From positions 54,810,001 through 54,874,000 of the forward strand of contig NC_058368.1 of assembly GCF_018350175.1 (NCBI RefSeq): a stretch of DNA of 64,000 nucleotides, read 5' to 3'. The stretch comes from Felis catus (taxonomy: Eukaryota). The notes beneath the pieces are model-generated. The model was not told the DNA's origin. It did not search any database and saw only the letters and a program-made list of their open reading frames with translations. Shown here piece by piece: positions 51,151 to 64,000 of this stretch; positions within the stretch are counted from its first letter, which is position 1, and every line of letters begins with the position of its first letter. Position numbers and translations under genes: made by a program.

Positions 51151-51511
51151 TGCAATGTTAAAGATTTACAAAAGCATGTAAAATAAAAATAGCTAGAAAG
51201 TTAAAAATAAGTATTTTAAAACTTTAAAACATATCTTCTATAAACATTAAAATATATCAAGTAATTAAAAAATCAAGTTGCAATACAAAACATACTCAGT
51301 GATCCCATTATTGCAAATAGGGTAACACACACTCCCATATAGAAATATGAAATACCATTTAAAGGCCTCCCAGATGCATAACAAATGGATAAGGATACTA
51401 ACCTATGGGATGGAGAATGACATTAGGGATTCTGGCATCTCAGCTTTTAAGAAAATTTTTCAAAATTTATAAAGTACATATGCAATTAAATTATTTTTAG
51501 AAGGATTATTT

Positions 51512-51698
51512 GGTGTCTGGGTGGCTCAGTTGGTTGAGCATCTGACTCTTGACATTGGTTCAGATCATGATCTCAGGGATCAAGCCCCCTGCATTGGGCT
51601 CTGCATTGAGCAATGAACCTGCTTAAGATTCTTTCTCCCTCTGTCCCCTCCCTTTTTCACACTCTCCCTGTAAAATAATTTTTGTTTAATTAAAAAAA
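51512..51698 (+). mobile_element. Can-SINE (older)
   Basis: GGTGTCTGGGTGGCTCAGTTGGTTGAGCA head; tattt(t)tagaagga / tattttagaggga flanks. Confidence 0.88.
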
Positions 51699-54427
51699 TA
51701 TTTTAGAGGGAAACAGTACAGATTATCAGATATCCTATCATTGAAGTGCCAAGTATATGACCAATAATGTATGATAGTAACAACGTTCAGATACTGATAA
51801 CTCACTTGTTCCTTTTCCTGGGAACACCACTAGATTACATTTCAATTATATGTGGTCAATTGGCTAAGCAATAAAAAAGTTCAGTGATTCTTTTCAAGGA
51901 GATAATAAACTCAGAATTAAGTTAAAAAATTCATACTGAAAAAGAAAGTACGGGAAGATGGCGGTGGAGTAGGAGGACCCTAGGCTCACTCCTCCCATGA
52001 ATACAACTACATAACTATCAAATCATCCTAAATATCCCAGAAATTGATATGAATACTGGCAGAACTAACTCTACAATTAAAAGTTAGAAAAGAGGGTCCA
52101 TCAAAAAAGTAGGGAGGGCAGACCTGCAGTTTGGAAAAGAAACTGATCATGGCTGCTGCCATGGGGAGAGAGTCACAGAGAAGGGCAAGAGTCAGATTAT
52201 CAAATGGGGGAGCACCTGGGGAAAACAAACTCCCCATTGCAATTGGTTTGAAAAAGGAGACAGGGTCCAAATTTTAATAACTTCTGTCAACAGCAGGTCT
52301 TAAAGCCTGGAGCTTTAAAGGTCAACGGGGTTGGCTGCAATACAGCCTACAGGGCATTGAGCTGCTCTTAGAGAGAAGGTAGAATAACAACCTGCAGACA
52401 CAAGCTTGGAAACAGGAATCTGAAGAGTACCCAGGGCACACAGTGGGAGGTTATTTCCTGTTCTCAAGTGCATCCCAGAGAGACAGTGTTCAAAGAGAGA
52501 CCCCTGGGGAACATTAGAACTGGCAGGTGCCATTTCCCTCCCCAACCCCACAGGGCCACCTGTGGGAACCAGCACTGTACCCACACTCACAACCTAACTT
52601 GCTTAAACCAAGCCCTGCCACCCAGGTGCTTCCAGGGGAACCAACCCTCCCAGTCACATTAGCCTCAATCCCAGCATAGTGGTCTCCCTGCCCCAGAAAA
52701 CCACTCCAAATCCCCAATGACACATCTCTCATCCTGGGAGTCTTACAGAACCAAGGTTCCAGTGGCAGTGGTGACAAGTCTCATTTCACAAACAGACCAG
52801 AACACACCTAGTTAAAACATGCTACATTCAGGCCAAGGACCAAAAACTTCAAACAACAGGTAAAGACAGCCTCTGTAGACAACTGGCCTAAGGGATAAAG
52901 CAGACAGGACAAAACAGCAGAGCACATGCAGCACACATTGGAGACACTCCTGGAAGTGCCAGGCCCTGGGGAATAGGGGACACCATACAGCAGGGCACTA
53001 CAAGACCTCTTCCTCATAAGGCCATTACCCTCAAGAACAGAAGACATAGCTGACATTCCTAATACACAGAAAACAGGTACAGAGACTTAGACAACATGAG
53101 AAGACTGACTAATTTATCCCAACTGAAATAATAGGACAAGGTCAAAGCCAGAGCTCTAAGTGGAACAGAAATAAGTAATATGCCTGATGGAGAATTTAAA
53201 TTATGATCATAAAAATATTCACTGGACTCGAGAAAAGAGTGGAAGATGTGAATGAGATTCTTAACACAGAGATAAGGAATAACTAGCAGAGATAAAGGTA
53301 CAGTAATCAAAATGAGAAACATACTTGATGAAATGAACAGCAAGAAGAAAGAAACAAAGGAAAAAATTAGTGACTTAGAAGACAGAGAAATGGAAAGTAA
53401 CCAAGCTGAACAAAAGAGACACAAAAAGAATTCTGCAAAATGAGAATAGACTTAGGGAATTCAGTGACTCCATCAAATGTAATAACATTCATATTACAGG
53501 AAAAGAAAGGAAAGAGGACAGAAAATTTATTTAAAGAAATAATAGCTGACAACTTCCCTAATCTTGGGAAAAGGGACAGACATCCAGATCTAGAAGGCAC
53601 AGAGAAGTCCCCTCAAAATCAACAGAAGCAGGCCCACACCAATTCATACTGTAATTAAATTGGAAAAATATAGTAATAAAGAATACATTTTAAAAACAGG
53701 AAGACAAAAGAAGACACTAACGTAAAAAATAAAACCCATAAGTCTGTCAGGACATTTTCAGAAGAAACTTTCCAATCCAGAAAGGAGTGGCATGGTTTAT
53801 TCAAAGTGGCAAATGGGAAAAATCTGTAGTTAAGATTATTCTATCCAGCAAGGCTATCATATAGAAAAGAAAAAGAGATAAAGAGTTTCCCAGAAAACAA
53901 AAACTAAAGGAGTTCATAACCACTAAACCAGCCCTGTAAAAATATTAAAGGGGACACTTTGAGTGGAAAAAAGACACCAAAAGTGACAGTATAAAGGTAG
54001 GAAGCATAATATCAATAAAAATGAATATTTCTGCAAAAAAAATCATTCAAGGAACTCACAAAATAAAAGAATGTAAAATATGACACCATATACCTAAAAT
54101 GTGAGGAGGAAAGGAGGAAAGAATGTGTTCAAACTTAAAAGACCATAAACTTAATATAGATTGCTAATGTAGAAGTTATATACAAGCCTAATCGTAACTA
54201 TATATATCAAAAACCAAGAAGTATGCAAAGAATAAAGAGAAAGAAATCCAAATATATCACAAAAGAAAATCATAAGCCATGAAAGATGAGATAGAATAAG
54301 AGAAAATCTCGGGGAAAAAAACCCCACAAAACAAATAATAAAGTGATAATAAATACATATCTATCAATAATTACGTTGAACGTAAATAAGCTAAACGCTC
54401 CAATCAAAAGACACAGGTGACAGAATG

Positions 54428-54492
54428 GGAAAGGAAAGGAAAGGAAAGGAAAGGAAAGGAAAGGAAAGGAAAGGAAAGGAAAGGAAAGGAAA
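54428..54492. repeat. (GGAAA)13 pentanucleotide repeat inside L1 ORF2
   Basis: 65-bp perfect repeat. Confidence 0.97.
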
Positions 54493-57400
54493 CAACAAGA
54501 CCCATCTGTATGCTGCCTATAAAAGACTCATTTTAGACGTAAAGATACCTGTGATTTAAAAGTAAAGGGATACAGAAACATCTGTCATGCGATGGTTGTC
54601 AAAAGAAAGAGTAGTAATACTTACATCTGACAAAATAGACTTTCAAATAAAGACTGTAACAAGACACAGAGGACACTATATAATAATAAAAGGGACAATC
54701 CTACAAGAAAATATGACAACTATAAATATTTATGTACCCAATATGAAAGCACCCAAATACATACATTAGCTAATAATAAACATAAAGAAATAATAATAGG
54801 GAACTTACATCAATGTATAGATAATATAAACAGAAAATAAACAAGAAAACAATGGCTTTCAATGACACACTGGACCAGATGTATTTAACAGACATATTCA
54901 GAACATTCCATCCTAAAACAGCAGAATACACATTCTTTTCAAGTTCACATGGGACATTCTCCAGAGGAGAGAGCACATATTATCCCACAAAAGAAGCTTC
55001 AACAAACTGAAGAACACTGAAGTTATACCATGAATCTTTTCTGATCATAACACTATGAAATGAAAAGTCAACTAGAAGAAAAAAAATCTACAAAGAGCAC
55101 AACACATGGATATTAAAAAATGCTACTAAACAATGAATGGTTCAACCAGAAAATAAAAGAAGAAATAAAAAAATCATGGAAACAAATGGAAATGAAAACA
55201 CAACAGTCCAAATCCTTTGGGATGCAGCAAAAGCAGTTCTAAGAGGGAAGGTCATAGCAATACATGCTTACCTTAAGAAGCAAGAAGAATCTCAAACAAA
55301 CAACCTAACCTTACATCTAAATGAGCTAGGAAAAGAAGAACAAAACCTAAAACTAGCATAAGAAAGGAAATAATAAAGATTAGAGCAGGACAAAATGATC
55401 TAGAAACTTAAAAAAAATGGAAGAGATCAATAAAACCAGGAGCTGGTTCTATGAAAAAAATCAATAAAGTTCATACACCTCCATCGAGCCAGACATAAAA
55501 AGAAAAAAAGAGAAAGGTCTCAAATAAATAAAATCACAACAGAGACAGGAGAAATAACAACCAATACCACAGAAATACAAATAATCATGAAAGAATATGA
55601 AAAACTAGATGCCAACAAATAAGACAGCCTAGAAGAAATGCATAAATTCCAGGAAGCATATAAACTACCAAAACTGAAACAGGAATAGAAAGTATGAACA
55701 GTCTGATAAGTAGCGAAGAAATTGAATCAGTAATTTAAAAACTCTCAACAAACAAAAACCCATGACCAGATGGCTTCCCAGGTAAATTCTACCAAACATT
55801 TATTAAAGATGAGTTAATTTCTATTCACAAACTATTCTAAAAAAATAGAAAAAGAGGGAAAACTTCCAAATTCATGCTATCAGGCCAGCATTACCTTGGT
55901 AGGAAAATCAGATGATGTCACCACAATAAAAGAGAATTACAGGCTAATTTCCCTAGTGAACACAGATGCAAAAATCCTTAACAAAATACTAACAAACTGA
56001 ATCCAACAATACATTAAAAAAATCAATCACCAGGATCAAGTGGGATTTAATCTTGAGTTGGAGGTGTGGTTTAATATTTGTAAATCAATGTGATATCTCA
56101 CATCAAGAAGAGAAAGGATAAGAAGCATATGATCATTTCAACAGATGCAGAAAAAGCATTTGACCAAGTACACATTTTTATAAGATGCTGTATGTAAAAC
56201 CCACAGTTAGCATCATCCTAAACTAAGAGTTTTTCCCCTAAGATCAGGAAGACAAAGATATTCACTCTCACCACTTTTATTCAACATAGTACTGGAAGTC
56301 CTAGTCACAGCACTTAGACAACAAAATTAAAAGACATCCAAATTGGTAAGGAAGAAGTAAAACTTTCACTATATAAAGACGATGTGATATTCTATATAGA
56401 AAACCTGAAAGACTCCATCAAAAAACTGCTAGAACTGATACACTAATTTAGTAAAATCAGACAACACAAAATCCATGTACAGAAATCTGTTGCATTTCTA
56501 TACACCAATAATGAAACAGAAGAGAAATAAAGAAAACAATCCCATTTACAATTGCACCAAAAATAATAAGATACCTAGGAATAAACTAAACCAAAGAGGT
56601 GAAAGACCTGTATTCTGAAAACTATAAATCATTGATGAAAGAAACGGTAGATGACACAAAGAAATGGAAAGACATTCCATGCCTGTTGACTAAAAGAACA
56701 AATATTGTTAAAATGTATATACCACCCAAGAAATCTACACATTTAATGTAATCCCTATAAAAATACCAATACTAAACCACTACCAATATCATTTTTCACA
56801 AAACTAGAACAAACAATTCTAAAATTTTTATGAACCACAAAAGACCCAGAATAGCCAAAACAATCTCGAAAAAGAATAGCAAATCCTCTAGGCAGAACAA
56901 TTCTGGACTTCAAGTTATATCACAAAGCTATAGTAATCAAAATAGTATTGTACTGGCACAAAAACAGACACATAGATCAATGGAACAGAACATACAACCC
57001 ATAAATAAACCCACAACTATATAGAAAGAATGTCCAATGGAAAAAAGATAGTCTCTTCAATAATTGGTTTTGGAAAACTGAACAACATGCTAAAGAAAGA
57101 AACTGGACCACTTTCTTACAGCATACACAAAAATAAATTCAAAATTTATTAAGGACCTAAATGTGACACCTCAATCCATAAAAATTCTAGAGGAGAACAG
57201 TAACTTCTTTGACATCGGCCATATCAACTTTTTTCTAGAAAGTCTCCTGAGGCAAGGTAAACAAAAGCAAATATAAACTATTGGGTCTTCATCAAGATAA
57301 AAATCTTCTGCACAGTGAAAGAAAAAAAAAAAAAACTAAAAGACATCCTACAGAATGGGAGAAGATATTTGCAAATGACTTATCTGAAAAAGAGTTAGTA

Positions 57401-57580
57401 TCCAAAACATATAAAGAACTTATACAACTTGACACCCAAAAACCCAAACAATGCAATTAAAAAATGTGCAGAAAATAGGACAAACATTTTCCAAAGATGA
57501 CATCCAGATGGCCAATAGACACATGAAAAGATCTTCATCATCACTTACTATCAGGGAAATGAAAATAAAAACTACAACAA

Positions 57581-57757
57581 GGGGGCCTGGTTGGCTCAGC
57601 TGATTAAGCTTCCAACTCTTTATTTCTGCTCAGGTCACGATCTTCAAGGTCCATGAGATTGAGCCTGGTGTTGGGCTCTGTGCTCACAGTATTGAGCCCA
57701 CTTGGGATTCTCTCACTCCCTCTCTCTCTGCCTCTCCCCTGCGCGCGCGCACACACA

Positions 57758-57807
<50 letters not shown>

Positions 57808-57829
57808 ATAAATAAATAAACTTAAAAAG
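57581..57829 (+). mobile_element. Can-SINE inside the old L1
   Basis: Degenerate TSD aaaactacaacaa / aaacctacaataa; compound (GC)(CA)(CT) repeat. Confidence 0.93.
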
Positions 57830-58202
57830 AAACCTACAATAAGATATAACCTCACCCCTGTCAGTATGGCTTATACTGACAACACAGGAAACAAAACAGG
57901 TGTTGGTGGGGATGTGGAGAAAAGGGAATACTTCTGCACTGTTGTTAGAAATACAAACTAGTGCAGCCACTCTGGAAAACAGTATGGAGGTTCCTGAAAA
58001 AGTTAAAAGTAGAACTACCCTATGATCCAGCAATCACACTACTGGGTATTTACCTAAAGAATACAACAATACTAATTCAAAGGGATACATGTACTCCTAT
58101 TATTTATTGTAGCATTATTTACAATAGCCAAATTATGGAAGCAGCCCAAGTGTCCATAGATAGATGAATGGATAAAGAAGATGTGGTATGTGTGCGTGTG
58201 TG

Positions 58203-58421
58203 TATTATATATATTATATATAATAATATATTATATATATTATATTATATATTATATATTATATATTATATATTATATATAATATATATATATAATATAT
58301 ATAATGTATATATGTGTGTATATAATGTGTGTATGTATATGTATATAATATTTCATTGTATACATATACAATGAAATATTATTATAATATTTCATTGTAT
58401 ACATATACAATGAAATATTAT
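58203..58421. repeat. TA-rich tract followed by a tandemly duplicated 38-bp inverted repeat
   Basis: ATAATATTTCATTGTATA-CA-TATACAATGAAATATTAT at 58345-58382 and again at 58384-58421. Confidence 0.95.
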
Positions 58422-58519
58422 TTAGCCATAAAAAAGAATGAAATCTTTCTATCTGCAACAACATGGAGAGAGCTAGAAATGTTTCATAAAATCCATACTT
58501 AGGAAAATAACAGCATAAA

Positions 58520-58830
58520 TAAAATTTTAGACCTGTTGATATTTTTAGGAGGCAATTCAATAGTGGCATATGAACCTTGGAGATAATATCCAGGCAGGAA
58601 AAGTACATTTGAGTTTTATGAATGTATGATAATTAAAGTACCTGTTTATGGATTTCATGAATTAAGGAAAGAATACAGATTGAAAAATCCAAAGACCTAG
58701 AGTCATTCATGTGGATTTCCTCACTTTCAAGTTTGGAAGGAAATGATTAGTGAGCAGCAGATACTGAGAACAAAGATGTAGGTGGTAACTTGAATAGTTT
58801 ATGTCAAGAAAAAAGAAAAATGGAGAACTG
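58520..58830 (-). mobile_element. L2 relic
   Basis: ggaggcaattcaatag...ccttggagata...tccaggcagga...catttgagt degenerate L2 pattern. Confidence 0.45.
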
Positions 58831-59801
58831 GCAATAAGGGTCAAGAAAGGATAAGCAACTTTCTCAAGCTGACAAAGTTAATGAACTGAGATTTAATGGA
58901 GCTAGGATTGAAAGCCAGGAGAGCTGTCTTTAGGGACCTTACTTTGAAAAACATGCCCACTTAAGTGAGTTATTTTCTTACCCACCACTTCCCCGAACTG
59001 CCCAAACTGTCAGTGAAATGATCAGTAATGAACTGTGTTGTCTGGTACTGATGGTTTCTTTGGGAAAATTCTAAAATATTTCCAATGATCTTTTGCCATT
59101 AACGATTAAAAATCCAAATAGGTAAATTTGATATTTATACCAACTAAAATGGCTTTTCTTTCCTGAATGAAATTTGCTAGACAATAAAACTTTGAAATGA
59201 AAACATAAATGTAAAATTAACTTTTTCATTGAATCAACAAGTAGAGAGTACATATTCTATGCCTACCAAGTATTGGATCATTAATTCATTTCACAGCTTA
59301 TATAATTCATTTTTGCCCATAATTTGATGCATATTTTCCTCACAAACACAATGACCCTCATAATATTGGTAGTAATACTTTTTGGGTAATTCCTAATTTC
59401 CAGGTATTTTATAAGTACTTTACATTCATTTTATCACTTTACCTTTGGGTCTATGATGTTCATAGAGGGTTGTGAGCATTGAATAGGATAATACATGTAC
59501 AGATCTTAGTTCAGATATTGAATACCAATGTAACTATGTAAAATAAGTATCAACATTAATCCCATTGTAATAAGAGTTAGCTGAAGCCTAAATACATTGA
59601 CTAGCATGCTCAAAACCAAATGAAACTAGGATAAAACCTGGGGCTGTTTGGGCACCACGTGGCATACACATATACTGTCTGATAGATGCTGTTCATACCA
59701 GTATTTTTCACAGCCTCCTTTCAGATATCTATGCACTTTTTTTTTCAGGAGTTGCACCATATTCTGAAAGAAGAAAAGTACATTTTAAAATGTTGATTTC
59801 A

Positions 59802-60003
59802 GGGGTGCCTGGGTGACTCAGTAGGTTAAGCAACCAACTCTTGATTTCAGCTCAGGTTATGATCTTACTGTTCATGGGATCGAGTCCCATGTCAGGCTCC
59901 TTGATGACAGAATGGAAACCTGCTTGGGATTCTCCCTCTCTCTCAGCCCTCTCTCCCTCACTCATGCTGTCTCAAAAATGAATTAAAAACATTTTAAAAA
60001 ATA
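59802..60003 (+). mobile_element. Can-SINE
   Basis: GGGGTGCCTGGGTGACTCAG head, CT tract, A tail. Confidence 0.92.
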
Positions 60004-61740
60004 TATCACTTATCATTCTCAGAATTCCTGTTGATGATAGGAATTACCTGTGTCTTCAGGCACTGCAAGGTGTTATATCTTTAGGGAAATATTATTATTG
60101 TGCAACTCATTAAAAAATACCTTAAGTCTACACTTAATAAATTAGAAGACGCGTTCTCTTATACCAAAGCTTCTAAGTGAATATTTGAGGTGAGAACCAC
60201 AGAAGGGACATATCTGCCTCACCTAGTCCAGGAGGGCAAATCTTTTGCCAAAGCTCCTTCTCAGTATGCCTATGAATTCAGTGATGCTTCTTTGGAACTT
60301 ACTCTTACCCATTCCCTTCTCCCTGCAGGGAGACCTAGAAATATGCTGGCCACATACAGGCCATTACTTAATGGAAAGAGGTTTTCTTCTGGAATTAATG
60401 AGATGTTGGGCCCAGCAAAGAAAATTTATATCGCAGTTTCACTCCCCTTTAAAGAGGAGGGAGAATTGAGTAGATTAAGGTGAAAAATGGATCCCTGAGA
60501 CTAAAAATTTGGAGAGAGAAAACACATAAAGAACAAATTATTTCTTACAAGAAACTCTTGAATGGAAAATTGTCCTAACAAATGGGTATTCAGTCTCCAC
60601 TTTATCATTGCCTAAGATCAACACACAGGACACAGGCTATTTAAAAACATGGGTTTGTTCAAAGTACAATCGTGTGTTGTCAAGTATTTTTTAATGCAAG
60701 ATAAAAGGTGCAACAGTGAGCAGCATGCTAATTTCAGTAGGAAAAAAAATCTTTGTCTTATCAAGGTCAAATAAAATTTAAAATACATTATGGCAAGTGA
60801 TAATTTACAAATGACAGCATCAGCTATAATACATGTCATAAGAGTTGATGGCAAGGGATTGTTGGTGATGTTATTTGATTAAATAGCTGGGGCTTAATTT
60901 CTTTCTAAAAAAATGCAGAACAATATGGTTCTCATCAGCCACGGAGCATGATGTTCTGGGACATTTTGTGTGATTTATGCAATTTATACTAGGCAGAGCT
61001 CTTACAGCATCAAGCCCCAAGCCACCAGAGTGTAAAACTAAATTATTATTTCAATGGGGATAAAAGAGAACACTTTAAAACATTCACTAATGCCATAGTC
61101 CAAATGCTTTTCATGGCTTGCCATAGTCTACTTATTCCAATTCAGAATGTTATTAAATTAACATTTAATTATTATGACATTGTGACTACTTGTACCAGAT
61201 AACTAAACACTGTGAGCTAATTCATAATGTGCAAAGCACACAGGCCATTTTCTCAAAATAGACATTGTTATGCTTTCATTGTCAAGAGAAGGAACTGCAA
61301 GTCACAAATAACAACATTGCTCTCGACGGTATAATACAATCTTTAATTTTCATCATTTTTATTTGGAAAATAGCATAACTGAATTATTACACACTGTCAT
61401 GCTACGCTAAGATAGAAAAAAGAATAGGAGCAAACATTTTTAAATTGATTTTGGTGGCTAGATTTAGAGAAACAATCCACTGTAGGGCTATTCTCAACTG
61501 TGTATTTGTTCATCACAGAAAATCCAGTAAAGAAAAATAATATATGGCTATACATATTTGGATAACAAATCACTGAGCCATATGTGGTGATTCCTCAAGT
61601 ATTTTTTCACTGGCAATACCGTGGTTACTGAAATAATGTATGTATAATAATAATTTCACAGTCAGGTGCTAATAACGAAAACAGTCTTCTGCTATATGAA
61701 AATAATGTGACACAAGAAGCTAGTAAGAGTAACCAAAATC

Positions 61741-61990
61741 TGTATTAGTTTCCTATTGCTATAGTAACAAGTAACCATAAGTTCTGTTGCTTAAAACCAG
61801 GCAAATTTATTAGTGTACAGTTCTGGAGGTCTGAGGTCCAAAAGAGGCCATACGGGGCTAAAATCAAGGTATCTGAAGAGAAATGTTCCTTTCCTACTAG
61901 GAATTTGTTCCTTGCCTTTCCTAGATTCTAGAGGCTGTACACATTCCTTGGGTTGTGGTACTCTTTCAGCAATGGAATTACTCTGATTCT
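61741..61990 (-). mobile_element. MLT1 (C/D-like) LTR 3' part
   Basis: TGTATTAGTTTCCTATTGCT...cagttctggaggtctgaggtccaaa...ggctaaaatcaaggt. Confidence 0.85.
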
Positions 61991-62619
61991 AAAAATATTA
62001 CATATTATGTGATATACAATTAATAAAAGATTGACTTTCCATAAGGTAACTGTTATAGAAATATTTTTTTCTACTTGCATTTTAATTCTAAATGTTAAGC
62101 AATATATAGTGTTATCTAAACAAAAGATGTCAGAGATATACAAAATTTTTCTCCTCCGAGAACTAGGCAATGTACCCTTATGAGACTATGGCCTATATTG
62201 ATTATCTTAGCGGGTTTAGGAAAATAATTTCCAATATGAAAAACATCTGTTAAGTGATAGTGCCAATATCATGTGATCTAAGATACTTACCTCTCTAATA
62301 CTATCGTAAGATTTTAAATTAATAATATTGACATTTAAATACAATTGGGCCAATTATTCCAAGGCTCTTTTGTAAATGGTTCAATGTATTTTTGTATTCA
62401 TTTACCTACTGGCTTCAAAAAAACCAAATTGGATATACTGGTAGCAAACAGCAATTAATCTATAAGTTATTTATGACATTCAGTATAATTACTGCTATAC
62501 TCAAATGTACTGGAATTAAATAATAGGAAAAATAGACCACAATGTTTAAAACATTCACAAATGAACTTTAGCTAAGTAATTGTTTTTCTGTTTGTATTGC
62601 AGAAACTTTCCCACCCACC

Positions 62620-62960
62620 TTTCAATTTTAACTCAGCTATCATTTCCTCCCATACTTCTTCCTACATCCTCTCTCCACTTCTTAAGCGATGAAATTGCTG
62701 CTACTTCCTATATCCACTGATGCACCTTTATGAATTTCTATTAAATACCTTTTTTTAAAAAGATACTATACACACATATGCACACACACACATATTTTAG
62801 ATCAGCATATCACGAGCTCCTTGAACGTAGGAATTTTAACTTGCTCATTTTTGTTTCACCAGTACATCCTCTGAGGGTTGGGACATACATGGTCTTGTTT
62901 GCTGAGAGATTGTTAGAATCAATAATAAGTAATGAAAGTAAAATTAGTCATTCAATGACA
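62620..62960 (+). mobile_element. L2 3' fragment
   Basis: gagctccttgaacgtagga...tttttgtttcaccagtacatcct...gggacatacatggtc...gttagaatcaat. Confidence 0.5.
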
Positions 62961-62981
62961 TTTTGAATTATCCCATAAACT

Positions 62982-63440
62982 CTAGTGGTCTAAATGGTGG
63001 CCACCAAAAAGATATGTCCGTGTCTAAATCCCTAGCATCTGTGATCCTGCAAACCTTTATTTGGAAAAGGAGTATTTGCAGATATAATTAAGGATCTTTA
63101 AATGAGATATCCTGTATACTTAATAGGCCTAAATATAATGACAAATGTTCCTATGAGAGACAGAAGAGGAATGAAACACCCAGAGAAAAAGGTGATGTGA
63201 TGAGGAGGCAGAGATTGGAGTGATGTGGCTATAAGCCATGGAACCCAAGAAATGAAAATAGCCACCTAAAGCTGGAAAACTAAAGGAAGGATTCTCCACT
63301 GGAGGTTGCATGGTGAATCTGACCTTGGTGACACTGATTTTGGAATTCTGGCCTCAAGAAGAATGGGAAAATAAATTTCTGTTGATTTAGGACACTAAAT
63401 TAGTGGTAATGTGTTATGGCAACTCTGGGAAACTTATGCA
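62982..63440 (+). mobile_element. MLT1 (C/D-like) solo LTR
   Basis: aaagatatgtcc...tttggaaaaggagtatttgcagatataattaagg...aataaatttctgttg...ggaaacttatgca. Confidence 0.88.
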
Positions 63441-64000
63441 AGTACTATAAGAAAATGTGTAAGAAATAGAAACTAACTTCCCTACCTTCAATAGCCCTAT
63501 TTATTTAATACAGACACACACACACTCTTCAGAAGAAACTTACCTTATCAATGGTTGAAAATGAATATATATAGTTTATGTTGAATAAGTTGAGGCAATT
63601 TCAAAATTTGAAATTTCAAAATTCAAAATACTGAATTATTTAACTTAGAATGTACATGGGACTGTCACAGTAATAAGTACAGCTTATTTCATGTATTTTA
63701 TCAATATATCTATTTATTTAAAGTGATTTTATTTGATTGTCAGTATGACTATTTCACAAACTGGTTAAAGTATACAGAAAATATTTTGGAAAAGTCTGGC
63801 TAAGTTGTGATTGATCAAGAATGACTACTTAAATGTGGAACTGGATCATTTCCATGCGTTCTGGCTGTTGGCAGAATTTTGAGTACACATTATTAAAGAG
63901 AGGTAGTTGCCACATTGGTCCAATGTCCCACAACAGAAGTCAGAAACTCATTTGTCAGGTAATCATTTGCATCAATCATTAAGGCATGGAGACAGCTAGG

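Larger units (their letters stand above)
51952..58480 (+). mobile_element. Older carnivore L1, 5'-complete but missing the 3'UTR and poly(A)
   Basis: 5' GGGAAGATGGCGGTGGAGTAGGAGGACCC; ORF1 remnant ~53096-53962; ORF2 remnants (LWDAAKAVLRGK, QPLWKTVWRFLKKLK); L1 similarity stops at ...ACATGGAGAGAGCTAGA. Confidence 0.93.

Noticed and set aside
60190..60483. 97-aa ORF in unique sequence
   Set aside because: GTG start, no recognisable domain, and only a weak downstream donor.
62284..63547. Minus-strand consensus donors (GAG|GTAAGT at ~62290, AAG|GTAAGT at ~63544)
   Set aside because: No convincing paired acceptor or open exon; isolated donors are expected by chance.
1..64000. CRISPR arrays, rRNA, operons, processed pseudogenes of host genes
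   Set aside because: No repeat-spacer arrays or recognisable genes of these kinds; the sequence is mammalian repeat-rich non-coding DNA.

Overview
This is AT-rich mammalian genomic DNA, very likely from a felid: it carries many Can-SINEs of the cat SINEC_Fc type and a young cat-type LINE-1. It is intronic or intergenic, and I found no host protein-coding exon I can identify. Roughly half the window is interspersed repeat. (1) A young full-length L1 at 18560-24542 has a perfect 15-bp TSD, an intact ORF1 and an ORF2 broken by 4 lesions. (2) Two older, near-full-length carnivore L1s sit at ~24945-32803 (minus) and ~51952-58480 (plus, 3' end lost). (3) The rest comprises about 27 Can-SINEs, an internally deleted Tigger1, an ERVL dUTPase/MLT2 relic, MER21, MLT1 and LTR16/33-like LTRs, L2/MIR relics and microsatellites. 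There are no prokaryotic-type systems (CRISPR, operons, rRNA). The most interesting non-routine signals are four. First, all three L1 5'UTRs keep an antisense ATG in strong Kozak context that opens an ORF, plus an antisense splice donor (an ORF0-like architecture). Second, an apparently repeat-free ~700-bp element at 14.2-14.9 kb holds a hairpin-occluded candidate 37-nt exon, four TGCATG motifs and MEF2/AP-1/CRE sites. Third, a 77-bp nested AT-rich palindrome lies beside an L1 3' breakpoint. Fourth, there is a possible recursive splice site at 6821. All of these are candidates only. Repeat family names come from recognition by eye, not from a database search, and boundaries of old repeats are approximate.
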